Assembly (NCBI GenBank): GCA_964016885.1
Contig: OZ024742.1
Coordinates: 106,268,001-106,332,000, forward strand
Reading direction: 5' to 3'
From: Eledone cirrhosa
Taxonomy: Eukaryota
Length of the DNA: 64,000 nt
Within the stretch, counting starts at the first letter, position 1. Each line of letters opens with the position of its first letter. Both the position numbers and the translations under genes were made by a program. Positions 14,703 through 28,330 of the stretch are shown in pieces. The notes beneath the pieces were generated by a model. That model made no database searches. It saw only the letters and a list, made by a program, of their open reading frames with translations, and was not told the DNA's origin.

Positions 14703-15311
14703 GCCTCTCTCCTCTCTCTCTCCTCTCTCTCTCCTCTCTCTCTCCTCTCTCTCCTCTTTCCCCTCTCTCTCTCTTCACTTCTCTCTCTCTCCTCTCCCAT
14801 CTCTCTCTCCTCTTTCTCACTCACTTTCCTTCGCTTTTCTTTCTCTCTCGCTCTCTTTCCTATCTCCCCATCTCTCATTCACTTTCCTTCTCTCTCTCAT
14901 TTCTTTCCCCTCTCACACAAATTTTCTTCTCTCTCTTCTCCCTCTCACGCATTTTCTGTCCCTCCGACACTCACCTCTCTTTCGTTTTTCTTATTCTTTC
15001 TTTCTGTCTTTCTTTACTTTAATGTTTATTACTATATTTCTCTGTATCGGTCTCTCATTTATTGTATCTCTGCATGTCTTCCAGCTCTTTGTCGCAATCT
15101 ATTTTCCCATGTCTCACTTTCGATTTCGTACTCTAATTCTTCTCCCTCCTCTCTTTCTTCCTCGACCCCCCCCCCCTTTCGTCTTTTCCCTCTCGTTCTT
15201 CTCCACCCTCTCTTTCTTCCTCACAGTCTTTTTCTTCCTCACCCCCTTCTCTTTGCTAACTCCAACTCCTCAAAAGACAAATTATAATTTCATCAGTATA
15301 GTAATAATATC

Positions 15312-15361
<50 letters not shown>

Positions 15362-15412
15362 TGATGGTAGTGGTAGTAGTAGTAGTAATAGTGGTGGTGT
15401 TGGTGGTGGTAA

Positions 15413-15464
<52 letters not shown>

Positions 15465-15477
15465 TGTAGTAGTAGTA
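14620..15477 (+). repeat. CT-rich low-complexity tract followed by (GTA)n
   Basis: Direct inspection; explains the 307-aa ORF in the track. Confidence 0.9.
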
Positions 15478-15514
15478 AAGCGCGAAAACGAATTTGACTA
15501 GCGATTTTATTTCA

Positions 15515-15723
15515 TTGGCAGATTGACAATATCGGTAGAGTCGGACGCCATGCTTTGCAGCATAGAGTTACGGTCCTTTACGGTCTGAGTTCAAATCCTT
15601 CCGAGGTTAACTTTGCCTTTCGTCCTTACGGGGTCAATAAAATAAATCACCAGTAATTCACTAGGGTCGATTTAATCGAACCCCCCCCCCCCTCAAATTG
15701 CTGGCCTCGTGCCTAAAATAGAA

Positions 15724-15755
<32 letters not shown>

Positions 15756-16135
15756 TGAGGGCGGAGGATTGGCAGTATCGGTAGAGTGTCAGACAACATG
15801 GTTTGTTGTATATGGTTACGTCCCTTTTTGGACTTAGTGTTTGGCCTTTTCTCTACGTTATAAATCATTAACATTATAGTCTTTGGCTTTGTGTCTACGT
15901 TATAAATAGTTACCATTATACCATTGGCAGAATAGTCAGAGCATCGGAAGAAATGATTTGAAGTATTTCTTTCGGCTATTTACGTTATGAGTTCATATCT
16001 CATCAAAGTCAAATTTGCTTTTTATCCGTCTGGGGCTAATAAAATAAGGTACTAATAAAGTACCGTGATCGATATGATCGACTTTTCTCTCTTTTTTCAC
16101 AATTTGCTGGCTTTGTGCCAAAATTAAAAATCTTT
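15515..16135 (+). mobile_element. SINE family A cluster (one full copy with (ATT)n tail, plus partial and diverged copies)
   Basis: Matches to the in-window consensus. Confidence 0.8.
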
Positions 16136-16619
16136 ATTAATAAAATATGATACAAAATAGTAGAGGTTTATATATAAAAGTGAGTAACAAAAAAAGGAAC
16201 AACAAATAACAATAAAATACAAACGTAAAAATGGCCATTAGTCGAAGGACAGCCACCTTGGGCCAATCAATGAATTCCACAATTCCAAGATTACTCTAGC
16301 CAAGGGTAAATGCCCTCTCTTGTGTGTTATTCTCTGGCCTACTAGCGCATGTTGAGAATGGCTCAATCCACTCAGTCTTTGCTCGTTACACTTACCCACA
16401 TTCAACAAATGACTTGAAGAGCAGCACCATTTTCTCCAGCCTTAAGGGGGTTTGCATGAGAAAATTAATGATGGCTTGACTGAAAAGGAAAGTGTTTATC
16501 TTCGCTCCATTCTGTCGCGCCTACCACAGTACGAGACTGGTTATTTATTTTCTAGGCCCCGGAAAGATGAATATGAACACACAAGGTAAAGAGGCAATTA
16601 TTTCTAACATAGACATAAT

Positions 16620-16800
16620 GCCACCTCTCAACCTCTTTCGCCATTGCTACCAGATCGAGGAATATTAACTAACCTTCTCGATCATAAAAATGAACTCAGG
16701 TAGTAGTCAAATTTGTCCGACGTGCGTTAACAGCTGTTCGACAAATCTCTATAATCAGCAATGTACGAATCCAGAACGAGACCATATAACACTGGCATGA
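16620..16800 (-). mobile_element. Degraded fragment of the same L1/Tx1-like LINE as 3873-4372
   Basis: caacctctttcgccat.gcta shared with ~4279-4299 (AMAKEV). Confidence 0.55.
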
Positions 16801-17025
16801 TTGATTAAATAGAAATAAGTATATTATTGGTGCCTATTTTATTGACTCTGAAAAGATGGAAGGCAACCTTAAAACTAGCGGGATTTGAAATCAGAACTTC
16901 ATGGACGTATCTTCAATAGCGTTAAAGTATTTTGTCTAATGTTTTACCAATTCTACGAGGAGAGCTGCAAAACCACGAATAATATTTTCACAATTATTCC
17001 TGTACCTGCTTCTCCACTATAATAA

Positions 17026-17245
17026 TTGTTTCTACATTTGGCCCAAGGCCAGCAATTTTGGAAGGAAGGGAAAAAATCAATTAAACCGATCTCAGTGCGT
17101 TACTGGTACTTTATTTCATCGACCCCATAAGGATGAAAAACAAAGCTAACCACGGCTGGATTTGAACTCAGGACGTAAAGGACCGTAACTTTATACTGCA
17201 AAGCGTGTTTTCCGACACCCTACTAAAACTGCCAACCCACCACCC
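17026..17245 (-). mobile_element. SINE family A
   Basis: Full-length reverse-complement match. Confidence 0.85.
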
Positions 17246-17961
17246 TTCTCTCAGTTATATTAACGAATAACATGCTTACAAGATGAGGTAGTAGACAAGC
17301 ACATGTCAATTATGACATCTATTCTTGAGACAAAGACTGGAATGCCAGCTTTTTCATCATATCATCCTCATCATCATCATCATCGTCGTCTCATGATCAC
17401 TATCATAACCAAAACCAAGATTACCATCTTTATCATCACTATGATGGATATCATCAACATCATCATCATTTTTCATTAGCACCATCACTATCATTAGCAT
17501 CTTCCTCGTCATCAGTACCATCGCCATCATCATCATCATCATCATCTTCATTTTCATCATTACCAACATTACTGCCATTACTATCATTAACATAGTCATC
17601 ATCAGCAGCACCTTCACCATCATCATCATCAGCAGCAGCAGCAACTGTCCCGTCATCAGCAGTAGTATCAGCAACAACTACATAACGACCACCGCCACCA
17701 CAACCACCCCTATCACCAATCCAACACCACCACCAACAAGAATATACGCTGAACAGTTGATACTTTCGCTGAAAACCTCACTCAGTTGAAATTTCTTTAT
17801 AACAAATGTTTTTCACAAATGAATGTTGTGTGTGTGGTTCTTATTTTTATGTTAGTGTGTATGTATGTTTATGTATATGTACGTATGTATCTGTATGTAT
17901 GCATATATGTATGTATGTATGCATATATGTATGCATGTATGTATGTATGTATGTATGTATG

Positions 17962-18024
<63 letters not shown>

Positions 18025-18029
18025 GTATG

Positions 18030-18101
<72 letters not shown>

Positions 18102-18270
18102 CATACGTATATATATATACATACGTATGTATGCATATATGTATGTATGCATATATATATATATATATATATATACGTTTATATACATACATACGTATAT
18201 GCATACATACGTATGTATGTATGTATGTATGTATGTATGTATGTATGCATATATACGTATGTATATAAAC

Positions 18271-18351
<81 letters not shown>

Positions 18352-18764
18352 TACCCCCTCCCCCCCCCCAAAAAAAAAATGCATACATACACACATACAT
18401 ATTGCACCATACAAACATACACTTCCACACACACTCAAGTATTCACATTCATGTCAGTCAGATTTGGCGGATATAGATGTTTGTTGATTTGGCTTCAGAT
18501 GAAGATACCTGAACCGTCGTCACTCCGAAATTTGGAACCAAACCTCCTTATCTTCACCCCAATCCAAGCAACCCACCATTCCCAGTCTATCCGCCACTTT
18601 CACGCCACATCCGACATATAAAACGAAACATTTTACAACAAATTTTGCTTGCTCGTATATATTTTTGGAACGAGCCTAATGTATCTGTCTAAATATATAT
18701 ATATACTAGCGTTTGCATGTGTGTTTGTATTTGTTGGTATTTGTATTTGTGTTTGTTTATATAC

Positions 18765-18841
<77 letters not shown>

Positions 18842-19784
18842 CGTGTGTGTGTGTTTGTGTGGCAGTGTGTAAGTGCATGTCTGCGTGTGCGTATTTTTTT
18901 TTTTATAAACTTATCACAAAAGATGTCAGCCTTCAAAATGCCACTCTTTATGCTTGTCTCTTTGTTGGTCTGTCAGCCTCCGCGTGTGTGTACGTGTGTG
19001 TGTATGTGTGTGTATATGTGTGTATGTTTGCCTGTATGTATGTGTGTGTATTGTGAAACAATATTTACGCCTAGCACTATCTCCCTCTCTCCGTTCGATC
19101 GTACGCAGGGTTGTTAATTGCGTTGGCTCTCTAAATATTGCTGACATCCTTTTTTTCCCTTCTTTCCGTTTTTATATTTTATTTTATAATTCTAGACAGA
19201 CAATACAATATACAGTAACAGTGCTGCACTATAAGAGATCACATGACCCCATTAAAAAATATAGACAATCATCATCATCAACATCACTATCGCTATATCT
19301 ACCATAACCATTATCTTCATCTTCATCATCAACACCATTATGATCATCATCATCATTATGATCATCATCGGCATTGTCATCATATTCATTGTCATAATCA
19401 TCATCATTATCCCAATATTTCTTCTTATGATATTTGTTCATATGACTATGATAGAAATCATTTGCTCTTTACATTGTATTCATGCCTCAACACTGCCTTC
19501 GTCTTTCGATATAATAACCTACCAGTCAAATTTAATCGACTTGTTCACCACGTTGGACATATGCGCAGAGATCGACAACCATAAGTAATATTAGTCAGCT
19601 ACTAGGCACGATTGAACCAACATTCATCTCTCCCAGAAATTACAGGCTTGGTGCCTAAATCATTATCGTTATTATTATTCAGGGTCGATAAAATAAAGTA
19701 CCAGTCACGCACAGGGGTCGATTTAATCGACTTTCCCCTCCCCTTTAAATTTACCCAAATGAACATCAAGCCGCTACCTGCTAC

Positions 19785-20042
19785 GTCAAATATCCAGGGC
19801 GTATCGGAGGGTCCTTTCTGTTCCCTGTAGGCATACTTTTGAAGTGTTCCAACAAATAGGGCCTTGGAAACTATTCGAGATAGTACCTAGTGCTCCTATG
19901 ATGATGAGGACGACCTTGATTTCATGACATTCCCAAATCCTTTCCAATTCCTACTTCATATCCTGGTACCCGTTAATTTTTCCCCTTCCACTTTTCTTGC
20001 ACTCTTGTGTCAAAGGGGCAAGCTACATCTATAAACAAGCAA
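19785..20042 (-). mobile_element. R4/Dong-like LINE fragment (restriction-like endonuclease C-terminus), degraded
   Basis: Minus strand CLFIDVACPFDTRV..YQDMK*ELERIWECHEIKVVLIIIGALGTI..LQGTERTLRYALDI*; homologous to ~47100-47367. Confidence 0.75.
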
Positions 20043-20407
20043 GATTTTTTTTTCTTTTAGGGCGGTAGAATTTGCAAAAACGATAGATGCCGAACAAAAT
20101 ATTTTCCCTTGATTAGCTAAAATCTGTTACGTTCAAAAATCAAAAAAATAAAACACCTGCAAAAACTGGCTTTGTATGACAGGTCCTTCTTCTAGACTGT
20201 TCCAAAGAATATACACAATACCTTTCTTTAAGTGCATTTACTACGCCCCTAGATATAAACCTAGAGAATTCTATGCCCCAATGTAATTAAACACACACAC
20301 ACACACACACTAATACACAGACACACATACATACATACATACATACATACATACATACATACATACATACATACATACATACATACATACATACATACAT
20401 ACATACA

Positions 20408-21016
20408 TGGTGGCTGCCAACTCGTTTTCGAGTACGGCCACTACTTTATATCCATGTAGTAGAACCCCTACCGATGCGCTGAACGAGTGTGACTTTTTAG
20501 TCCAGCCAGCGACTTGAAAACTCTGGTACAAACACTACACTTGTGACAATTATTGACACATAGTGCTGGGCCCATGGTACCATGTGACGACAAGTGCAGA
20601 GAGATCTCCAGATATAAAGCAATGCCTGTGTCGTGAAGCTTTTATAGTGAGCAAAGGCACTGCACAAAGCCAGTCCCACTCTCTTAACCAAGATGATATT
20701 TACCAAAAAGAAGAACAAGTCAACATCATTGGATACCATCAGGGTTGCAGGTTTTATATCAGAGTTTTCCTTCTCCTAGAATTCTGCCTTGACAAAGGCT
20801 AAGGGGTCATCTCTCCCGGTGATTTTGGATGACCATTGACTCTTAAGAGCTCCTTTGCCCTTTGACAGGTTTTGTTTTTAGTCCTGCAGGATGTCCAAAG
20901 TCACCCTCCTCACCAAGAAACCTTGGTGGGGTTGCCAGTTTAGTCGCCAACGACCCGACCATGAGACAGGTTGTACTGGGATACATGTTACCAGTAGCAC
21001 CAACTGGTGACCTGAC
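20408..21016 (-). mobile_element. Internally deleted non-autonomous RTE-like element inside (CATA)n
   Basis: 3' part encodes CSVCTRVFKSLAGLKSHTRSAHR* (C2H2, RTE-type C-terminus) plus a short hairpin 3' UTR. 5' part is a hairpin-rich UTR-like segment with CTAGGAGAAGGAAAACTCTG. No RT between them; (CATA)n on both sides. Confidence 0.6.
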
Positions 21017-21053
21017 ATACATACATACATACATACATACATACATACATACA

Positions 21054-21085
<32 letters not shown>

Positions 21086-22060
21086 CTATATGGTCATGTT
21101 GCAAATTTTGCCAATAAAAACACACGCACTATTTGACTTTACCAATGTTTGATGTTGTTTTAAAGATATAAATCACTCAGACTTCTAATAAAAACCATTC
21201 TAACCATGACCATCTCGTTTTATTTTTGAGACATGGTGTATCTAGAATATCAAATTATTTTTCCCAATTTTAATTATATGTGATTGCCATTCCTTGAGCT
21301 TGAAACAATAAATACCAGTAATGTACTGCAGAGGATACAACCAACTACAATTATAATTATCACACTCTGTGTGATAATTATAATTCTGGGTTCAACCACA
21401 GAGATTTAACTATACCTTTCATCCTTCTGGATTCAATAAAGTACCAGTAAAGTAATGGGATCAATATAATAGACTATTCTCCTATTCTCCTCCCTAGAAA
21501 TGTTTGACCTAGTGTTTACGTTAGAACCAGTTATTATTATCCTCAAAATAGCGGGGGATTGGCATCATAATTACAGTATTGTATAAAATGCTGTACTTTA
21601 ATTGTTCCTGTCGTGTGGAATGGTGAACATGCTGGAATTAATAGGCAGCGGTTTCCGTCACAGATTAATATTAATAAAGGACAGTGGATTGGCAGAATCT
21701 TTAGAGCGTCGAACAAAATGTTTTGTAGCATTTAATTACGGTCATTTCTGAGCAGAATTCGAATACTACTTAGGTTAACTTTACCTTTCATTGTTCTGGG
21801 ATCGATAAAATAAAGTACCAGTTAAGGAACTTGGGTGGATATAATAGAATTTCCTTCCTCACGTATTGCTGGCCTTGTGCCTGAATTAGTAATCATTATT
21901 TGTTCCCGTTTTTACATTTTGTGTCTAAATCTTGAGGCGATCAGCTTTGCCTTTCGTCTTTCCCTTTCTAGTTCGATCGAATCAAATATATTGGACCTAT
22001 CACCATTTTAGAAACTATTGCTAACGTCACCACTACAAGTAGCACTACTACTACTACTAA

Positions 22061-22117
<57 letters not shown>

Positions 22118-22176
22118 CACTACTACTACTACTACTACTACTAGTAACACTACTACTACTACTACTGCTGCTACTG

Positions 22177-22209
<33 letters not shown>

Positions 22210-22210
22210 A

Positions 22211-22273
<63 letters not shown>

Positions 22274-22303
22274 CACTATTACTACTACTACTACTACCAC
22301 TAT

Positions 22304-22338
<35 letters not shown>

Positions 22339-22469
22339 TAGTCGTTTCCATCACTACCAACTTATCCTATACCCCACCGTACCAATCAGTGCCACATATC
22401 TACTACTGGCGCTGTTGGCACTACTATAAGATGAGTGTCATTCGTAATATAGATGTAGCTATTATTATG

Positions 22470-22660
22470 TTGGCGGTGAAATGGCAGTATCGGTAGAGGG
22501 TTGGACGCCATGCTTTCTAGCATAGTTATGTCCTTTTACGGTCTGAGTTCAAATCCTGCCAAGGTTAACTTTGCCTTTCATCCTTTCGGGGTCGATAAAA
22601 TAAAGTACCAGTAATGTACTGTTAATTGCTGGCCTTGTGCCTAAAGTAAAAAACAATTAT
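22470..22660 (+). mobile_element. SINE family A (internal deletion)
   Basis: A/B boxes and 3' end match the consensus. Confidence 0.85.
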
Positions 22661-22721
22661 TATTTTGGCAAATGTAGATTGTGGTGAAAATACATAGGCA
22701 AACCAAATGTACATCTGTATT

Positions 22722-22753
<32 letters not shown>

Positions 22754-22776
22754 AATAGAGGTGTAACACACGAGTT

Positions 22777-23126
22777 GTAAAAGGAAAAGAAAATGCTGAC
22801 AAATTTTTCCCACTGAAAAATAGTTTAATTAGGAATAAGTACAAATTAGTAATAAGTATTGGTTAGTATTCAGTTTTAGTTTTAAGTTTTTACCGGTTGC
22901 GCATTTCTAATGCTTTTCAAAAATAATTTTGAGATAGAGCGTTCGTGGCAAACATCACGAGCGCTCTATCTCAAAATTATTTTTGAAAAGCATTAGAAAT
23001 GCGCAACCGGTAAAAACTTAAAACTAAAACTGAATACTAACCAATACTTATTACTAATTTGTACTTATTCCTAATTAAACTATTTTTCAGTGGGAAAAAT
23101 TTGTTAGCATTTTCTTTTCCTTTTAC
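22777..23126. repeat. Near-perfect 350-bp palindrome (about 172-bp arms, 6-nt loop)
   Basis: 22777-22948 pairs with 22955-23126 around loop CAAACA; the few differences are G.T-compatible on +. Confidence 0.95.
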
Positions 23127-23228
23127 TAATATATATATATACATACGTACATATGTACCTATGTACCTATGTATGTATGTATCTCTCTGTAAATAGGGAT
23201 GCGGTTGTGTATATATATATACACAACC

Positions 23229-23284
<56 letters not shown>

Positions 23285-24035
23285 TCACTCTTATTTTCTT
23301 AAACATAATATCGAGGCATATACTTTTTCTTATTTTCGCCTACCAATTTTCATTGTTTTTAATTCTTTATTTCCTTTACTTGGGAAAGAATGCACGAAAG
23401 GAATATGACTGGAAAATCACATTTATTTCCCATTTCGTATTACATGTTAGCATGAAATGTAGACGTTTTGGTATACTAAGGTGAGAACAAGTACTCAAAA
23501 CATGTATGAGTATTTATTCCTTAGTTTTAAGCTGGTGATTGACTTCGTCACTACAGAGGTTTCTTGATACTTGCGATCTGTCGGGCAACAAAAAAAAAGG
23601 ATTCATTTTCTGTCGCTAAACTCTATGAGTGTATCATCTGCTTTAACCGAATATATTTGAATGTATGCACTTTTTACTTACGCTTAGCTCTTGTTTATCT
23701 CCTCATTTATCTCTGTATCCAGATTTTTTCTATTTCTTTAATTCTTTCTTTTGAGTCCACACACTCTCCCTCTATTTTCTCACTCTCCCATCACATCCCT
23801 TCTTCTTCTTCTTCTTCTTCTTCTTCTTCTTCTTCTTCTTCTTCTTCTTCTTCTTCTTCTCTCTCTCTCGTCCTTAATCTCTTGGTACAAATTTGACGCA
23901 TCTCGAAAGCAAAGTCATCATAGATAACACAGGTGCTGACAACAGGTCTCTGTGATATTTTTCTCTTAAAATCTCAACATCTCTGCTCTAAGCTTGATAA
24001 CGTTTTAATTGGAATGATTGTCTGTATTTTCTGAG

Positions 24036-24343
24036 GAGTGGAACCTGACGCAGCCGTTCAGAAACCAAGTCAGGGCAGAGTCTCGCAGGATTCCGGCAAA
24101 CGGAAGAACCACAACAAAACCAGGCGACCCGATAGACTATCTAGAAAGAAAAAGAAGAGGAAGAAGAAGAAGAAAAATAAAGATCGTAAGAAGAACGGCA
24201 CTAGAAAATCAAAAAAAGGTCGTAAGAAAAAGCGCAAGAACAAGGGAAATAAAAATAAAGTAATAAGGGGGCGTGACCGGAAACGGAAAAACTTCCGAAA
24301 GAACCGGAAGAACAAATATACTGCGGCTACATTTAGATTGTGA
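24036..24343 (+). CDS. Candidate terminal exon of the netrin gene encoding a Lys/Arg-rich tail
   Basis: Pyrimidine tract tctgtattttct then GAG|GAG tandem acceptor (AG 24034-35 or 24037-38), both phase-1 compatible with the LE3 exon. An in-frame TGA at 24032 lies just before the acceptor. Open to TGA 24341-43: RVEPDAAVQKPSQGRVSQDSGKRKNHNKTRRPDRLSRKKKKRKKKKKNKDRKK...KYTAATFRL*. Codons are mixed, so it is not a simple repeat. Confidence 0.6.
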
Positions 24344-24536
24344 AAAGCTCTCATGTATCTGCTTTTATAGAATCTCATTTGATTAAAACAAGATAAGAAC
24401 AAACTAGCTGTGGAAAAAAAAGATTTAAAAAATTGTTTCACAGATCAATGGACATCGTTACATCACACCCCCACCGACATCATCACCACCAAAATAATAT
24501 TAAAAACAAACATTATATATATATATATATATATAC

Positions 24537-24592
<56 letters not shown>

Positions 24593-24609
24593 ATATATAT
24601 GTATATATG

Positions 24610-24651
<42 letters not shown>

Positions 24652-24657
24652 TATATG

Positions 24658-24773
<116 letters not shown>

Positions 24774-24840
24774 CATATATATATATATATATGTATATAT
24801 GTATATACACACATATATATATATATGTATATATGTATAT

Positions 24841-24892
<52 letters not shown>

Positions 24893-25169
24893 CGGAATAA
24901 ATGAAGTAAAATGAAATTTAAATTTAAATATCAAATAATAATAAGAATAATAGTGAACATTTGCAACTAACGTCGAAAGTTCATAAAACAAAAAAAATCA
25001 AACAAAAAAATTTACAAAGCTACAGAAACAAAATGTCCACATATGGTAGAAATTAAAACTATATTATTAGAGAACTTATATATATTATTTTTTAATTTAT
25101 CAGTTTATCTATACTTTTTTGTTGAACAGAGTTTAGCGATATACATATACTAACATTCGTATAAACACA

Positions 25170-25235
25170 TTCATATATATATATACATATATATATACAC
25201 ATATATACATGTACATATATGTACATATATGTATG

Positions 25236-25286
<51 letters not shown>

Positions 25287-25302
25287 ATATATATATATAT
25301 AC

Positions 25303-25377
<75 letters not shown>

Positions 25378-25393
25378 CATATATATATGTATG

Positions 25394-25424
<31 letters not shown>

Positions 25425-25527
25425 GTATATACATATATATATGTATGTATATATATATATATACATATATATGTATATATGTATGTATATATATATGTAT
25501 GTATGTATATATGTATATATGTATATA

Positions 25528-25564
<37 letters not shown>

Positions 25565-25581
25565 GTATGTATATATATACG

Positions 25582-25649
<68 letters not shown>

Positions 25650-25687
25650 CATGTATATATATATATATGTATATATATGTGTGTATG

Positions 25688-25733
<46 letters not shown>

Positions 25734-25736
25734 AAC

Positions 25737-25789
<53 letters not shown>

Positions 25790-25853
25790 AACATGTATAT
25801 ATATATATATATACATGTTTATATATATACATATATATATATATATACATGTT

Positions 25854-25888
<35 letters not shown>

Positions 25889-25890
25889 TC
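25170..25890. repeat. Compound (TA)n/(TATG)n microsatellite; one of many (e.g. 1837-2049, 5045-5420, 17855-18350, 22030-22340, 24513-24890, 43490-43660)
   Basis: Direct inspection. Confidence 0.95.
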
Positions 25891-27294
25891 ATACGAAAGC
25901 TATTGTATTCTCTAAGTCCTTATTTTTTTTTCGGACTGTATAATCATTGCAGATAGAACACATGGATGTGTGTTCCTTACTAATGTAAGTTCAAATCTGC
26001 AGCCTATTTGAGTCATATTTCAAAGAACGCAACAGAATTTTTTTTATTTTATTATTTTTTTCTTTAATCTTTTTTCTTTGTTTTCTCTTCTACAAAAGAA
26101 ATAAACTTTATGATTTTGTTCCTCTAAAAAAATTGATTTAGTTACGTTGATATTTATATATCTATGCTTATATCCATGATATTGTTATTTATCACACTTT
26201 ACCAGAAATGAAAGCATGAATAAGGGCTGAAATAACATTTACAATGTAAAAGGTCTTAAGTCTTATTGTTCCTAAGTCTTAAATTGTCAGTGAACGTTTT
26301 AGTTTCTTTACATATTGCCAGATGTTTAATTATCTTTCTTCTAGAGAATGAGTTTCAATTAACTAAGAATAATAGAACTATGATGCCACACAGTTGACAC
26401 TGGGTAATACGAGTGGTATGGCGGCAAGTTGGCAGAGTTTGTTAGAACGTCGCATAAAATATATCGCGGTATTCATTCCAGCTCTTTGCGCTTTCTGAGT
26501 TCAAATGCCGCCAAGATGAACTTTGCATGTCATCCTTCGAGAACGATAAATAAAGAGTCAGTCAAGTACTGGAGTCATTCCTTTCTTAACATATCTTTCT
26601 CCCTCCCTCTCTATCATTCTCTCGTCTCCTCTGGAAAAATTGACTGTGTTCATATCTGGAGATGGAATGGGCTTCACCAGGTTTAGAAGTGCCCAAGACA
26701 CGCTGTATGTCACGACAGTACACCGGCAACTCCATCAGGAGTTACGGGTTCATACATGCAATACGAGTGATACAAAAATATATGTTACTAATGAACAGAT
26801 GAGTTATAATTGACTCTATTCTCGTTGTTGTTTAACTCCATCTCAGCTCTGATCGAGTAGTCCTTTGATCAGATGAATTTCAGCTGTAATCATCCCGTTA
26901 TTTTTTTTTTCTTAGACACAAAGCATCTAGGACAACATTAGTGGATGCATTCGCACGTCTTTTCTTTAGACGATAGAGTATGGTTTGGCTGTTGTTTATA
27001 GTACAAGTGACCTCTGTACAAGCTTCCTCATTAGCTCGTGATCATATTGTAAACATTCCGTTGTCATACTGCCAAGATACTCAGTTGGCAATGTCAGAAG
27101 AATTAAGTTTAGTACTGAGCAGAGATTCTTTCGAGGTCTCGTTCTAAGTAATAGGAAGAGATACCACTCACCTCTTAACATAATGAAAGCGGTAGCTACC
27201 ATCTGCACAACACCACAGCTCCTAATATCAACGGAAAGAAGCAAGAGGTGCAATTTATTCTGTAATTAAAAACATAATTATTATTTACCCTGTT

Positions 27295-27700
27295 AAGGGC
27301 AGTGGTTTTGTAGTATCGGTAGAGCATCGGACAACATGCTTTACGTCATATAGTTACGGCCCTTGACGTTCTGAATTCCAATCCAGCCGAAGTTAGCTTT
27401 GCCTTTCATCCTTACGAGGTCGATAAAATAAAATACCAGCAACGCACTGGAATCGATTTAATCGATTTTCTCTTCTCCAAAAATGGTTGGCCTTGTGCCT
27501 AAATCAGAAACCCTCATTTACTTTGTCAAATGCGGAGGATTAGTAGAGTCCTTAGTGCATCGAACACACGGTTCTTTACGCTCTGAGTTCAAATCCCGCG
27601 AAAGTCAACTTTGACTTTCATCTTTTTGTTGTTGATAAAATGCAGTACCAGTCAAGTACTGGGGTCGTTATAATTGACGAACCCCTTTCCCTAAATTTGA
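27295..27700 (+). mobile_element. Two adjacent SINE family A copies
   Basis: 27295-27511 and ~27528-27700 match the consensus. Confidence 0.8.
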
Positions 27701-28075
27701 AAGAAATATTTACACTGTCACGCTACTAAAAACTGAAAAATTAGATTCGTTTGTGCCACTTTCCTGACGATAACGACAGTTAATTCTCTTCAAGAGAAGT
27801 TTATGACACGTGGATAAAACGGAACATCTATGCCGTCGTTCGACTGGCTAGAAAGAGGCAGCACGGCACAAATGTCCGTGAACCTATTCTTTATTGTCTT
27901 TGGAAAATAGAAGAAACGTTGTATACTGTAATACGAGTGGAAAGAAAGAAGAAAGATAAGAAAAAAGACATGTGATCACGGGTTTAAAGGCTTTTAATAA
28001 TAGACCCCCCCCCCGTTTGAGTTACTTGGTGGTGAAACAACAAAATGTTTTTTTCTACACTATATAAAATTAAAC

Positions 28076-28330
28076 TAGTATGGCTGAATGGTTTAGATGT
28101 TCGCTTCAGAACTATTATCACCTGGATTTGATCTCACTGCATGAGATCTGGGCAAGTGTTATTTACCATAGCTTCGGGTCGACTCATATTTTGTGAATGA
28201 AATTGAGTAAACGGAAAACTGTCTAGAAGCCCGTTAGATGGACTGTACTTGCAAATCAAAAGACCAACCTTGATATACACTGTGTTACACAGTGTCACTG
28301 TGAGAATTACCTTATGAGTACACATGTCTG
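28076..28330 (+). mobile_element. Second tRNA-derived SINE family (B), diverged
   Basis: TGGCTGAATGGTT A box, TGGGCAAGTGT and TTGTGAATGAAATTG.GTA.ACGGAAA body shared with 36925-37275. Confidence 0.65.

Noticed and set aside
20900-21016. Canonical HDV-like ribozyme at the RTE 5' end
   Set aside because: A P4-like hairpin, CUAA and a P2-like pairing exist, but P1, P3 and L3 could not be assembled; kept only as an unresolved structure.
22790-22875. CTGACAA...GAAA as a hammerhead in the palindrome family
   Set aside because: C3/A8 mismatch, and stems I and III are not convincing.
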